Positions 1 to 12,780 of a stretch of DNA of 64,000 nucleotides are shown in pieces. A program made the translations under genes and the position numbers. The stretch's first letter is position 1; each line of letters begins with the position of its first letter. Under the pieces are notes generated by a model. It saw nothing but the letters and a program-made list of their open reading frames with translations, was not told the DNA's origin and did not search any database. Origin of the DNA: Mobula hypostoma (taxonomy: Eukaryota); the NCBI RefSeq assembly GCF_963921235.1, contig NC_086108.1:30258001-30322000 (forward strand), given 5' to 3'.

Positions 1-236
1 CACTTCCATACTCATTCTACTTTACAGTCAACCATCTACTTTTGTATCATAGCTAAACTTTAGTCATGTCTCTTATATTTAAGTTTACATAATTAGTAAA
101 GACTTCTAAAAGGAAGTGATGAAGTTCTGAGGTCTTTAAAATGCTACTGGTGATTATTTTTCTCTAACAAAATCACCCCTCAACTATTACCCTTTGTTTC
201 CTGCTACTGTTAATTTTGATTCCAAATTGCTAACTA

Positions 237-1135
237 CAAGTTGAGTACCCCTTATCTGAAATTCTAAAATCTGAAATCTTGGGTGCTGAGATGACGTCAC
301 AAACAGAAAATTCCACAAGGCACTGCGAAGGTTCCCAGGTGACGTGCAGGTCTCTGTGCATCACAGATAGTTCTGAGAAGTGACCTCACATATGTAATGA
401 GTGAAAGTTAATAGAAAATAGAAAAACACTGTATAAGGCGAAAAATGAAGAAATCAATATTGTTTTGAAATAATAGATTCATCAGTGTTGAAGCGAACAT
501 GTGCTACTTAACGGTATTCTGATCATGAAACAAGCAAAGATTTGTCACAGCAAACTGGAAACTGAAGGTAATTGTAAGCATTCGTCAGGCTGGTTTTAGT
601 AATTTAAGAAACGTCACCACATTAAATTTTTTAAGATTTAAAAAGTTTAAAAGATAAAGCGTCTGCTGGTCATGAAGCATCCATTGATAAGTTTGTGAAG
701 ATCATTACTAATGAAAATCTAACATCTGAACAAGACTACACTGCTGATTGTTTTTATATCTTGTATAAAACCTTAAAAAAAGTCAAGTACAAATAGAGTG
801 TATTGTAACCTTTTAATCACAACACGGCATTGTAGGTGGAGACAGAACACCTGTCATTGTTTGTTGCTTAACAGCTGATTCAGGTATTCTCCTGATGCTG
901 CTTTTGTTACCCTGCACACAGTATATTTTCATGATATTGATGGTGTGTAATAAGATTTCTTTTAAATACATAATGTGTGATGAACAAGCGTGAGATAGAA
1001 ACTGCTTATTGTAGCACATAAATTCAGAGTCAGGAATGATGGCGACCCCAAGCTACCCCATTAAATTTTCCAAAATCCAAAAAAATCTGAAACCCTTCCA
1101 TCCCCAATCATTTTAGATAAGGGGTACTCAACCTG
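237..1135 (+). mobile_element. pogo/Tigger DNA transposon, internally deleted (Tigger4/MER46-like)
   Basis: TIRs CAAGTTGAGTACCCCTTATCT / AGATAAGGGGTACTCAACCTG, TA on both sides (235-236, 1136-1137); degraded transposase remnant (..GW..FKKRHHIKF..) inside. Confidence 0.85.
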
Positions 1136-1921
1136 TACTAATCTCTATTACAGATTTATTTAAGTACTTGTATCTAAACTCCCCAATTGGACTGTTGGGA
1201 TTAGAATTTGCAATTCTGAATTAGTGATACTAATCCATTTAAATATTGTGTGTACTGGGTCATGTAATCTATACGTTTTGTAAAAAAAAAAGTCTTCTTA
1301 GCTGATCTAGCCTTTTTCACATAGAGTTATGGAAGTCTGAAATTTGCTGCTCTTAAAGGCTACTAGAGGTAGAAAGTGGATGCCTTACCCTAAAAAGACT
1401 GTGGTCAGAGTAGGATTAACATTCTTGTGTGCGGCAGATTTTTATGAATCTGATTAGAACAGCAGAGGAAGTTGGCTCATAATCTCTACATGGAGCACAG
1501 TGCCAAATTGAACCATCTCTTCAGCCTGTACATGATCTTCACCCCTCAATTTCCTGGGTATTCATGGTCTATCTAACAGTTTCTTTTACACTACAGGGAA
1601 CACTTGTAACATTTTATGAACAAGGCTTTGGTCATATGCTCAACTGGTTTTTGAGTGTTATACTCATATCTAATGCAATGTTCTTTTGCGGTTGACAAAC
1701 AAATTTGCTGTTTTACTCTATGAAGAAAGTTGTTTTTTTCTGTATGATGTGTGAACCCTATGTCTGCATAGAAGATAATTTTGCAGGTCATATACAGATG
1801 ATGTCTGTTACCTGTGCACCACTCATTTGCGCACTTGCAGCTAATACTGGATTCTGTTTTACTGCTTTGGAACCGTTGAGAGATTCTCATAAGACTCTAG
1901 GTTCCTGTTGCACTCCAGATT

Positions 1922-3014
1922 AGACCACAAGACATAGGAGCAGAATTAGGCCATTCAGCCCATCGAGTCTGCTCTGCCATTCCATCATGGCTGATCCCGG
2001 ATCCCATTCAACCCCATACACCTGCTTTCTTACCATATCTTTTGATGCCCTGACCAATCAGGAAACGATCAACTTCCACCTTAAGTATACAGTATGTGGT
2101 AGAACGTCCCACAGATTCACCACTCTTTGGCTAAAAAAAATTCCTCCATACCTCTTTTCTAAAGAGTTATCCCTCAATTTTGAGGCTTTGCCCTCCAGTG
2201 TGGATACCCCCACCATAGGAAACATTCTCTCCACATCCATCCCCTTTTAGATAATAGTCCGCACTATTGTTCTTTTAACCACGATGCATTATCATACGTT
2301 TCTCAACTCTGTATTCCATCTGCCACTTTTTTGTCGAATCTTCCAACTTGTCTGGGTCCTGCTTCCCCAGCATTACCTACCCCTCCAACTATCTTTGTAT
2401 CATCCACAAGCTTTGCCACAAAACCATCAATTCTATTAAACAAATCATTGGCAAACAATGTGAAAAGTAGTGGTCCCAATACTGACCCCTGAGGAACACC
2501 ACTAGTTACTGGCAGCCAACCAGAAAGGCCCATTTTATTCCCACGCACAGCCTCCTGTCTGTCAGCCATTCTGCTATCCATACCAGTATCTTTCCTGTAA
2601 TGCCATAGAATTTTATCTTGTTAAGCAGCCTCATGTGTGGCACCTTATCAAATGCCTTCTGAAAATCCAAGTAAATTCCATCCACTGCCTCTTCTTTGTC
2701 CACCCTGCGTGTTCCTTCCTCAAAGAACTCCAACAGATTTGTCAAGATTTCCCTTTAGAGAAACCATGCTAACTTTGACTTATTTTATCATTAGTCTACA
2801 AGTACCCCGAAACCTCACCCTTAATGATAAACTCCAGCACTTCCCAACCACTGATGTTGTGTTGACTGGCCTATAATTGCCTTTCTTTTGCCTTCCTCCC
2901 TTCCTAAAGAGTGGAGTGACATTTGCAAACTTCCAGTCCTCCAGGACCATTCCAGAATCACGTGGTCCTTGTTAGATCCTGACCAATGCATCTGTTAACT
3001 CTTCAGCAATCCCT
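1922..3014 (-). mobile_element. CR1-clade LINE A, 3' part (RT remnant and tail); split by L1 insertion
   Basis: Minus-strand peptides [39 protein letters not shown]; typical CR1 3' UTR; reading continues at 9431. Confidence 0.9.
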
Positions 3015-6000
3015 GAACTTGCCTGCTGGTTGCTGATGGAGTAACGGGTCTTTCCCGGTGCTCCTAGTTTACTTACTTTTTTGTTTCCAATCTTTTGAAA
3101 TATTACTGTTAAACGTGTTATTATCTTACTATGACTACCAAAGCAGCTTTGGGATCCATTATGGGCTTGCTTCAAAAGATCTCTACAGACACTCAAAAGC
3201 TTACCCAGGAGTTTCATCAGTTCAGAAAAGAAGCGTGGGCCGATTCACAACAAATCAGCTTTGAAGTTAAACAAGTAGGTACAAAACTGGATGTTATTCA
3301 AGAAACTTTAATTGAGCATGATAAGAGGATAAAAGAGCATGAAGAGATTATAATGATATTGGATAAGAAAACTGATGATCTGCAAATGCTGTATGAAAAA
3401 CAATACAAGTCCAACGGAAAACTGAGACAGAAGATTATTGATTTGGAAAATAGAAGTTGGAGAAACAACTTACAAATCTTGGGACTTAAACAGTTAATGG
3501 AAGAAGATAATCCTAAGGAATTCTTTGCAAACCTTCTGATGGAATTATTCCCTGATATTATACAGTCTTTACCTTTGATTGATCGTGTTCACAGATCGCC
3601 TATTTATAGATTGACTTCAGAATCAAGACCAAGATCGGTCATCATATGCTTTCATGAATTTCAAACAAAGGACCTTTTGATTCGTGAATCCCGTCAGAAA
3701 GGGTCAGAAGATTCATATTGTTGAAGATTTCTCTTTGGAAGTTAATGGAAGAACGTGCTAAGTTATAAAGGTTATGGCGGAACTTTATAGCAAAAACTTC
3801 AAGCCTTCTTTTTGCTATCCCCTTGGCTGAGAATTACAATGCAAGATGGCTTAAAGAAATGGTTTCTTACAAATGAAGAGGCTCGGAAATTTTTAGACTT
3901 AGAAATATAACTTTAATATTTTTCAGTATGAATAATTTTGTTTGGTAAAACTGTATAAGCTTTTTTTTGACTGCATTTTGCCTTGTCTTGGTTGGAACAG
4001 TGTTCAACCTTGAATTCTGTGGGGCGGTTCCAGCAGGCTTTTCTGGGGGATGATATTAGTGAGGGTAGGCGTCGGCTGCCTTTTGGCCGATTTTCTCTCT
4101 TTGGGAGGAGGGAGGAGGATGGGGAGATTTTTCTTGAAGCTGATTTGGAAATTTAGTCAACTCTGTTGCCTAGTTACCATATCTCAAAGTTTATTGTTTG
4201 GGTTTAATATACATTCTTCTGATTGTTACTTTAACCTTTCTTATAAATAGTTTTAAAATGGATCAAAGTATTAATTTACTTAGTTTTAACGTGAAAGGAC
4301 TAAATCACCCTGTGAAAAGAAATAAGTTTTTTGCCTATATTAAAAAAACTTAAGGTACCAATTTGCCTTTTTAATCGATGGAGGGGATCTCATTTCCATT
4401 CTTCATTTCAGGCCAAAGCCAGAGACGTTTCGATCCTTACAGATAATAAAGTTTCCTTTGTTCAAAATAAAGTAATTTCTGATACTAATGGGCGTTATGT
4501 TATTGTATCAGGGAAGCTAGATAACAAATTAATGATATTTGCCAATGTGTATGCTCTGAATATAGATGACCCAGGCTTCTTTGAGCGTTTTTTTTCCATT
4601 TTTGCCAGATCTGAGTCTGTACTCATTGGTGATGGGAGGACATTTTAATTGTTTGGATCCAGCTTTAGATTGTTCATCTTCTAAACTAGTGATACCAAAT
4701 AAATCAGCTGTGTTTATTAAATCTTTTCTAATGAAATGTGGTATTGTTGATGTTTGGCGTTTTTTTTTCATCCAGTAGACAGGGATTATTCGTTTTTCTC
4801 TCATGTCCATTGTACATATTCCAGGATTGATTACTTTTTTATTGATAGCCAAATGATTCCATTAGTTCGATCCTGTGAATATAAAGAGATTGTTGTCTTA
4901 GATCATGCTCCTGTGCTCTTATCTTTAAATCTCCCTGGCCTTCTTCAGACAAACAGGTTTTGGCGTTTTAATCTAACTTTGTTATCTGATAAAGATTTTT
5001 TAAAGTTTATGGAGAGACAAATTACTCTTTTTTTTGAAGAGAATACATTAGAGGTGACTTCTAGTCTTATCAGCTGAGATGCCTTTAAGGCGTATACTGG
5101 AGGACAAATTATTTCTTATACTGCAAGTATTAAGAAAAAAGCTAATAAAGAGAGAAGTGATTTAGCTAACTAGTTGAAACAATTGGACCAACAGTATTCC
5201 TTGGTTCCAGATCCTGCTTTATGTAAAAGGAGTGTTGAAATTGAAATTAAAACTAAATATGATCTCCTTTTAACCTATCCAATTGAAACTCAACTCCTAA
5301 AAGGTAGAAGTCAATTTTATATTCATGGAGACAAAACAGGTAAATTATTGGCTAATCAAATTAAAACCTTTATAGCTAAACAGCAGGTTAAAGAAATATG
5401 TAAAGCTAACAGTGATAGGACAACTGATCATTTAGAAATAAATGATACTTTTAGAGAATTTTATTCTAGACTCTATAGCTCTGACTCTCCTAAGGGTAAC
5501 ACTGTAATGAACAATTTTTTAGACCAATTAATCATTCCCACAATCTCTGTTGACTACAGAAAGCAGTTGGAACAACCTATTTCTTTTGAGGAAATTGTTG
5601 AGGCTGTGCGCTCATTGGACTCGAGGAAAGCTCTGAGTCTAGATGGATTTTCTGAACAGTTTTATAAGACTTTTTTCTCACTGCTTATACCTCATTTATG
5701 TTCAGTTTTTTCGGATTCATTTAAGTTTGGCAGGCTGCCTCAATCTTTCTATGAGGCTTCCGTTTCGCTTATTCTCAAAAAGAATAAGGATCCAATTGAA
5801 TGTTCTTCCTATGCTGATACTAAGATTCTATCTAAAGTTCTGGCCTGTAGGATTGAAAATATTTTACTGTCTGCTATTTCTGATAACCAGACTGGATTTA
5901 TGAAAAATCGATATTCTCATTTTAATATTCGTCATATATTAAATGTTATCTATTCTCCTTCTGAGGAGATAACGGAATGTGTGGTATCCCTAGATGCTGA

Positions 6001-6185
6001 AAAGGCTTTTGACAGAGTTGAATGGAATTATTTATTTAATTCAATTTTGGACCTGATTTCATTCAATGGATTAAATTACTTTATTTAGCTCCCTCCACAA
6101 AGTATTGCTCTTTATTTCTAATGTCGAGACTTCGTTATCCCACGCGCTTTCTTTACTCTCGGTTTTAGCCAGTTCTCAGGCTATA

Positions 6186-7853
6186 CAGGTGTCCCCTGCT
6201 TTTTGAACGTTCGCTTTACGAAACCTCACTGTTACAAAAGACCTACATTAGTTACCTGTTTTCGCTAACAGGAGATGTTTTCACTGTTACGAAAAAAAAC
6301 CGCGGGGAAAAAAAAGGCAGCGCGCAAAAAAGGCAGCGCGGGATAAAAAGCAGCGTGCGCCCCGAGCAGTCGCTCTCCCCCGGATTCGGAGTGGCATTCT
6401 CACCGGCATTGCTTAAACACGTGTCTGTGAGCAGCCGTTTGCGAGCTGAGTTCTAAGGTATCGGAAAAGCCTGAAAGAGCTCGTAAGGGTGTTACACTTA
6501 GTGTATAACTAGACATAATTAAGCGTTTCGATCGTGGTGAACGAAGTAAGGACAAAGTGAGTTTGGCTTGTGGAAGTTGACGAAGATGATGTTGAAGAGG
6601 TTTTGGCATCCCATGACCAAGAACTGATAGATGAAGAGCTGATGCAATTGCAAGAGGAAAGGATAACAATCAAAACCGAATGCAGTAGTGAATGGACCGG
6701 AAGTGAAGTCGTCTAGGAACTGAATATGAGGCAACTACATGAGATTTTCGCTGCACTGATAAAGTACGACTTTAATTTTGAAAGGGTATGCCGGTTTAGG
6801 GCATATTTGCAGGATGGTTTGAGTGCTTACAAAGAACTGTATGATAGAAAAATGCGCGAGGCTAAGCAGTCAAGCATACTGTCGTTTTTCAAGCCTTCCG
6901 CATCAGCCACAGCAGACGACGAACCTCGACCTTTGACATCGAGGCAGGCAGTCAGAGAAGAAGATGACCTGCCTACCCTCATGGAAACAGACGACGAGAT
7001 GACACCCCAGTGTCCCACCACCCCAAACCCTGGGCCGCAGAGAGATACCGATCCGCGGAGAATGTAGCAGTAGCTGGGAGGCACCCAGCACATCTTTAAG
7101 AAAAAAGCTGAAATAAACAAGCTAATTAGTTAGGTGCCGTCCGACACGTAAGTGTCGGCCCAGATCAGAGATGATTGCCGATTGTGTCGCCTCTGATCTG
7201 GGCCGATATTTACGTGCCGGGCGGCACCTAATTAATTAGTTGGTTTATTTCGGCTTTTTTCTTAAAGATGTGCTGTGTGCCTCTCGGCTACTGCTGGACC
7301 CTGCATGCTCCGCGGATCGATATGGGTTTGCTGCCCGGAGGGTGGGGACCACTGCACTACCCCAACTCCCAACAACTCAGCCTAACACACCATCATCAAT
7401 GTGCTCGGCGCTGTCCCAATTCCGGTAAGTGATACTACACTGTACATACATTATTTCTACTTTATACCGGCTGTGTATTTTTATGTGTTATTTGGTATGA
7501 TTTGGCAGCTTCATAGCTTAAAGGTTACTGGAGAGCGCTTGTGCCGTGTTTTTGCTGAGAGCGCTTGCGTGAGATTTTCTCTATGGAGAACAGTGCAGGT
7601 AATTATTGTGGAAAACTATTTTTACTTTAAATTGGCTGTGTATTCATCATATCATTCCTGCTTTTACTATATGTTACTGTTATTTTAGATTTTATGTGTT
7701 ACTTGGCATGATTTGGTAGATTATTTTTGGGTCCGCGAACGCTCACAAATTTTTCCCATATAAATAAATGGTGATTGCTTCTTCACTTTATGACATTCCA
7801 GCTTACGAACCGTTTGATAGGAACACTCTACCTTCGGATGGCGGGGAAACCTG
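6186..7853 (+). mobile_element. Tigger1-like non-autonomous DNA transposon inserted in L1 #1 ORF2
   Basis: Ends CAGGTGTCCCC / GGGGAAACCTG with TA duplication; L1 frame FSGY|KLNLHKSE rejoins across it; TIGD1-like C-terminal remnant (YKELYDRKMREAKQSSILSFFK). Confidence 0.85.
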
Positions 7854-8378
7854 TAAACTGAATTTACATAAGAGTGAACTTTTTCCTTTGAATAATTCGT
7901 TATCAACTAATTCTAACCTTCCTTTTAAAATTGTAAGAAACCAATTTACTTATATATAACAATTACTAAAAATTATAAGTGCTTATTTAAAGAAAATTTT
8001 CTTACCCTATTGAATAATGTAAAAAGAACACTATCAAATTGGTCGCCTCTTTCGTTGTCATTGATTGGTCGAATTAGTTCTATTAAAATGATTATTTTAC
8101 CTAAATTTATATATCTTTTTCAGGCATTACCTGTTTTTATTCCTAAATCTATTTTTGATTCTCTTGATTCTATTATATCATCCTATATATGGAAAAATAA
8201 GCGTTCTAGACTAAACAAAATTCATCTTCAGAAAGCTAAAAAGAATGGAGGGCTAGCTTTACCAAACTTTAGGTTTTATTATTGGGCAATTAATATATGT
8301 AATCTTACATTTTGGTTATATTACATTAATCGTGAGGATTGTCCGATGTGGGTTTCTTCAGAAGCCAGTAAATTTTTT

Positions 8379-8468
8379 GCAACACACATAAAAAAATGCT
8401 GGTGAACGCAGCAGGCCAGGCAGCATCTATAGGAAGAGGTACAGTCAATGTCTGGGGCCGAGACCCTT
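8379..8468 (-). mobile_element. Penelope-like pLTR fragment, truncated within the hammerhead region
   Basis: Reverse complement of the 17555 and 58050 repeat. Confidence 0.75.
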
Positions 8469-8571
8469 TTCTATTTCTCGGGTCCTCACTTCCTTTATCC
8501 CTGAGTAAGTTAACTGACAATTTGGTAGTTAAACATACTATGAGAATTTGGATACAATTCCAAAAATACTT

Positions 8572-8703
8572 TGACAATAGACAATAGGTGCAGGAGTAGG
8601 CCATTTGGCCCTTCGAGCCAGCACTGCCATTTACTGTGATCATGGCTGATCATCTACAATCAGTATCCCTTTTCTGCCTTCTCCCCATATCCCTTGACTC
8701 CAG
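8572..8703 (-). mobile_element. CR1 3'-tail fragment inside L1 #1
   Basis: (GACAATA)n tail followed by GGTGCAGGAGTAGGCCATT, the complement of the tail at 17380-17447. Confidence 0.75.
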
Positions 8704-9430
8704 TACTTTGGCTTATTGAGATTTTCTCTTTCAAGTCCCATTTTTTCTAATTATTTTTTAAAATCTTCTATGATAGATGTGGTTTTTAAAGAATGGGATA
8801 GATTAGGTATTAAATGCTTCCAGGACTTGTTTGTGGAGGGAAGTCTCCTTTCATTTGAGCAACTGTCAGCTAAATATAGCTTACCCAGAACTCATTTTTT
8901 TTGATACCTACAAATAAGAGACTTTTTACGGTCTCAAATATGTACATTTCCTAAAAGTTCTGATAAGAATCTACTAGATGTAATTTTTAATTTGAATCCT
9001 TTTTATAATGAATCTATATCTAATATTTATATTATGTTGCTGTGAATGGAAATGTTCCTTTAGATAAAATTAAAAATCTTTGGGAACAAGACTTACAGGC
9101 TTCAATTTCTGAGGAAACTTGGAATAAAATTTTTAAATTGGTTTACACTTCATCGTTATGTACTCATCACTCTCTCCTACAATTTAAAGTGGTTCATAGG
9201 ACCCACATGACCAAGGATAAGTTGTGTCGCTTTTATTTGGATAGATCTTATTGTGATAAATGTAATAATGAAAAAGCTTCACTCATTCATGTGTTTTGGG
9301 CATGCCCGAGTCTTGAAAAATATTGGAAAGAAATTTGTATGTGTGATTCAGTATAATGTATTTGATATACTTTTTTCTTGAACTCTGTATTCTCCTATGT
9401 AGAAGATTAATAAAAATATTGAAAAGGGAA

Positions 9431-12400
9431 AGCAATTCCTCTCAGGACTCTGGGATGTAGTCCATCTGGTCCAGGTGACTTGTCCATTTCAAGACCTTTG
9501 AAATTGCCTAGCAGTTTTTCCTTTGTACAAACGTTTGTAATAGCAATAGCACTCACTCTTTCCCCCTGACACTCATAGACCTCTGGCACACTTCTAGTGT
9601 CTTCCGTAGTGAAGACAGATGCAAAGTACTCATTAAGTTCATCTGCCATTTCTTTGTCCCTCATTACTACCTCACCAGCATCATTTCCAGTGGTCCAATA
9701 TCAACCCTCACCTCCCTTTTACTAAAAATACTTCTGGTATCCTTCTTTATATAATTGGTTAGTTGACTTTTCTTGGACTTTAGAAGCTTCCCAATCATCC
9801 AACTTCCCACTCAGTTGTTCCTACCTTGTATGTCCTTTCCTTGGCTTTTATGCAGTCCTTAACTTCCTTTGTCAGCCACGGTTGTCTACCTCTGCTATTT
9901 GAGAACAACTTCCTCTGTGGGGCATATCTATTCTGTGCCTTGTGAACTATTCCCAGAAACTTCAGCCATCTCTGCTCTGCTGTCATTACCAGTGTTCTCC
10001 AATCCTGGGCAAGCTCCTCTTGTCATGTCTCTGTAATTCCCTTTATTCCATTGCAATACTGATACATGTGAATTGTGCTTCTCCTGCTCAAATTGCAGTA
10101 TGAATTCAATCTAATTATGATCACTGTCTCCTAAGGGTTCCTTTATGTTAAGCTCCCTAATAAGATCTGGGTTATTACACAACACCCAATCTGATAGCCT
10201 TTCCCTGAGTAGGCTCAGCCACAAGCTGCCCTAAAAAGCCATCTCATAGGCATCTAACAAATTCTCTCTCTTGTGATCCAACACCAACCTGATTTCCCCA
10301 ATTCCCTTACATATTGAAGTCCCCCACTACAATTGTGTCATTTCCCTTGTTACGTGCCTTTTCTAGCTCCCTTTGCAATCTCAACCCCGCATCTTGGCTA
10401 CTATTTTATCCTTGCTGTTTCTTAGCTCCACCCAAAAAGATTAAACATTCTCTGACCCTATGTCACCTCTTTCTAAAGATGTAATTTTTTAAATTATGAG
10501 AACACTCAGTCCTCATTTATTGTCATTTAGAAATGCATGCATGCATTAAGAAATGATACAATGTTCCTTCAGAGTGATATCGCAGAAAAGCAGGACAAAC
10601 GAAAGACTAACTCTGACAGAACCACATAATTATAACATATAGTTACAGCAGTGCAAAACAATACCATAATTTGATAAAGAACAGACCATGGGCACGGTTA
10701 AAAAAAAGTCTCAAAGTCCCGAGTCAATCGACTTCCGAGTCCCTGACAGCAGGCGGCAAAGGGAGAAACTCCCTGCCATAAACCTCCAGGCACCGACAAC
10801 TGCCGATGCATCGGAAGCACCCGACCACAGCCGACACTGAGTCCGTCTGTCCGAAAACTTCGAGCCTCCGACCAACCTCTCCGATACAGTCTTCCGAATG
10901 CCATCCTCTGCTGAGCGCCTTCGACCTCGCCTGGCCACCGAAACAAGCAAAGCTGAGGATTCGGGGCCTTCTCCGGAGATTCCGGACCACACAATAACAG
11001 CGAGAGCGAAGCGGGCATTTCAGAAATTTCTCCAGATGTTCCTTCGTACACTCATGTCTGTCTCCATCAAATCAGAATTGTGCACAGTCCCCTACTTGAC
11101 AAATAACAGACATCACCACCAAAGTGGCCGCGCAGCTGCGTCACGCCGCCATCTTCTCCTCTTCCATCTCTTAGCAACAAAGTCACACCACTGTCGATGC
11201 CTTCCTGCCCACCATTTTGATACAAAATATATACTTTGATGTTAAGCTCCCAACTGTGGCCTGCTTTCAACCACGACTCAGTGATGCCCACAGTGTGAGA
11301 CTGACCAGTCTCTAATTGTGCCACGAGTTCGTCCACCTTACTCCGAATGCTGCACACATTTAAATACAGCACTTTTGGTCTTGCATTCTTTGCCCTTTTG
11401 AACTTTGCCTCTAGGGTCCAATTTAACTCTTTACTTTATCTGCATTTGTACAGACATCAGCTTGTCCTTCCTTACATTCATGTTACACCTATCATCTACT
11501 TGTAAACCTGCTGGTTCATCCTCAGCTTCAAATGTAACCCGTCTTTTGTACAGGTTCCACCTGCCCCAGAAGGGGATCCAATTTTCCAGAAATTGAATCC
11601 CTGTTCCCTGCTCCAATTCTTCAGTCTCACATTTATCTGCCACTTCGTCCTATTCTCATACTTACTGTCACGTGGCATAGGCAGCAATCCTGAGATTACT
11701 ACCTTTGAGGTCTGCTTCTCAGCTTTATTCCAACTCCCTGTATTCTTTTTTCAGGATCTCCACCCTTTTTCTTCCTATGTCCTTGGTATCACTATGCACT
11801 ATGACTTCTGGCTGTTTACCCTCTCCTTTTCAGGATATTGTGGACGCCTCCAGAAACATCCCTGACCTCTGCACCTTGGAGGCAAACTACCATCTGTGTT
11901 TCCTTTTCACATCCACGGAATTGCTTATCTATCCCCCTGACTATGAGTCCCCTTTGGCCAACTGCTGCCATCCTCCTCAGTTTCCTACCCTTCTGAGCCT
12001 CAGTGCCAGAGGCACGACTGCTGTTGCTTCCCACAGGTAGGTCTTTCTGCCCCCCCCACCCCCCCCCACCAACAGTACTCAAAATGAAGTACTTATTGTT
12101 GAGGGGGACAGCCACAGGGGTGCTCTCCACTATTTAATGTTCTGCTTTCCCTCTCCTGACAGTCATCCATTTATCTGTCCCCTGTAGCCTTGAGGTGACT
12201 ACCTCCCTGTAGCTCCTGTCTATCACTGTTTCACTTTCCCTAGCAAGCTGACGGTCATCAAGCTGCAGCTGTAGTTCCTTAACACAGTCTCTAAGGAGTT
12301 GCATCTTGATGCGCCTGGTGCAGATGTGGCCATCAAGGAGGCTAGGAGTTTCCTGGAAATCCTGTATCTGACACCCAGAACAGAAAACTGGCCCTATAGG

Positions 12401-12780
12401 CATACCCCCTATTCTCGCTAAAGTTAAGTAAGAAATAAGGAATGAATTTACCTAGCTTCCACCTGTTCTTGTTGAAGCCCTGTTTGAGCCGAAGCCATAC
12501 TATTCTGACTCAGGACTACTCCGACAATGACTGCTCACACGATGACTACTCCGCTATACTGTACCTCCATTTTACAGAGTCTGGGCTCTTAAAATCTCTT
12601 TGTCGGACCTGCGTGGGAGCACTTCTGTTGCGTCTGCCTAGTACTCCAATGAACAACTCCTGTTGAAAAACTTGCTGCTTTTTCAAGCTCTTTGTCAGAC
12701 CTGTGCAGGAATGCTCCTGTTGCGTCTGTGCAGTACTCCAAAATAAAGGCAGATTTTGCACCTTTCCCATTTAAAGGATC
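9431..12780 (-). mobile_element. CR1-clade LINE A, 5' part (5' UTR, ORF1 with Cys/His motif and SGNH-esterase-like remnant, EN, linker)
   Basis: Peptides KSPGPDGLHPRVL, LYLNVCSIRSKVDEL..GITESWL, IVRGID..VVCLQGA..DVS, DGLHL, CSGC..HICTR; 5' boundary approximate. Confidence 0.85.
10487..11163 (-). mobile_element. Noncoding retroposon (~0.67 kb), same family as 20119-20785
   Basis: Reverse-complement similarity along its length to 20119-20785; 5' end AAGATGGCGG; interrupts the EN region of CR1 A. Confidence 0.8.

Larger units (their letters stand above)
3015..9430 (+). mobile_element. L1 LINE #1, degraded, inserted in CR1 A
   Basis: ORF1 remnant (LENRSWRNNLQILG, DRVHRS); EN remnant (YSRIDYF, DHAP); RT remnant (LDAEKAFDRVEW); CCHC end (HVFWACP); AATAAA and A-rich tail; approximate TSD AGCAATCCCT 3005-3014 / AGCAATTCCT 9431-9440. 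Confidence 0.9.

Noticed and set aside
1038..1075. ATGGCGACC (MAT..) as possible TADA1 first exon
   Set aside because: Lies inside the Tigger element and does not continue as the TADA1 N-terminus; exon 1 must be upstream of the window
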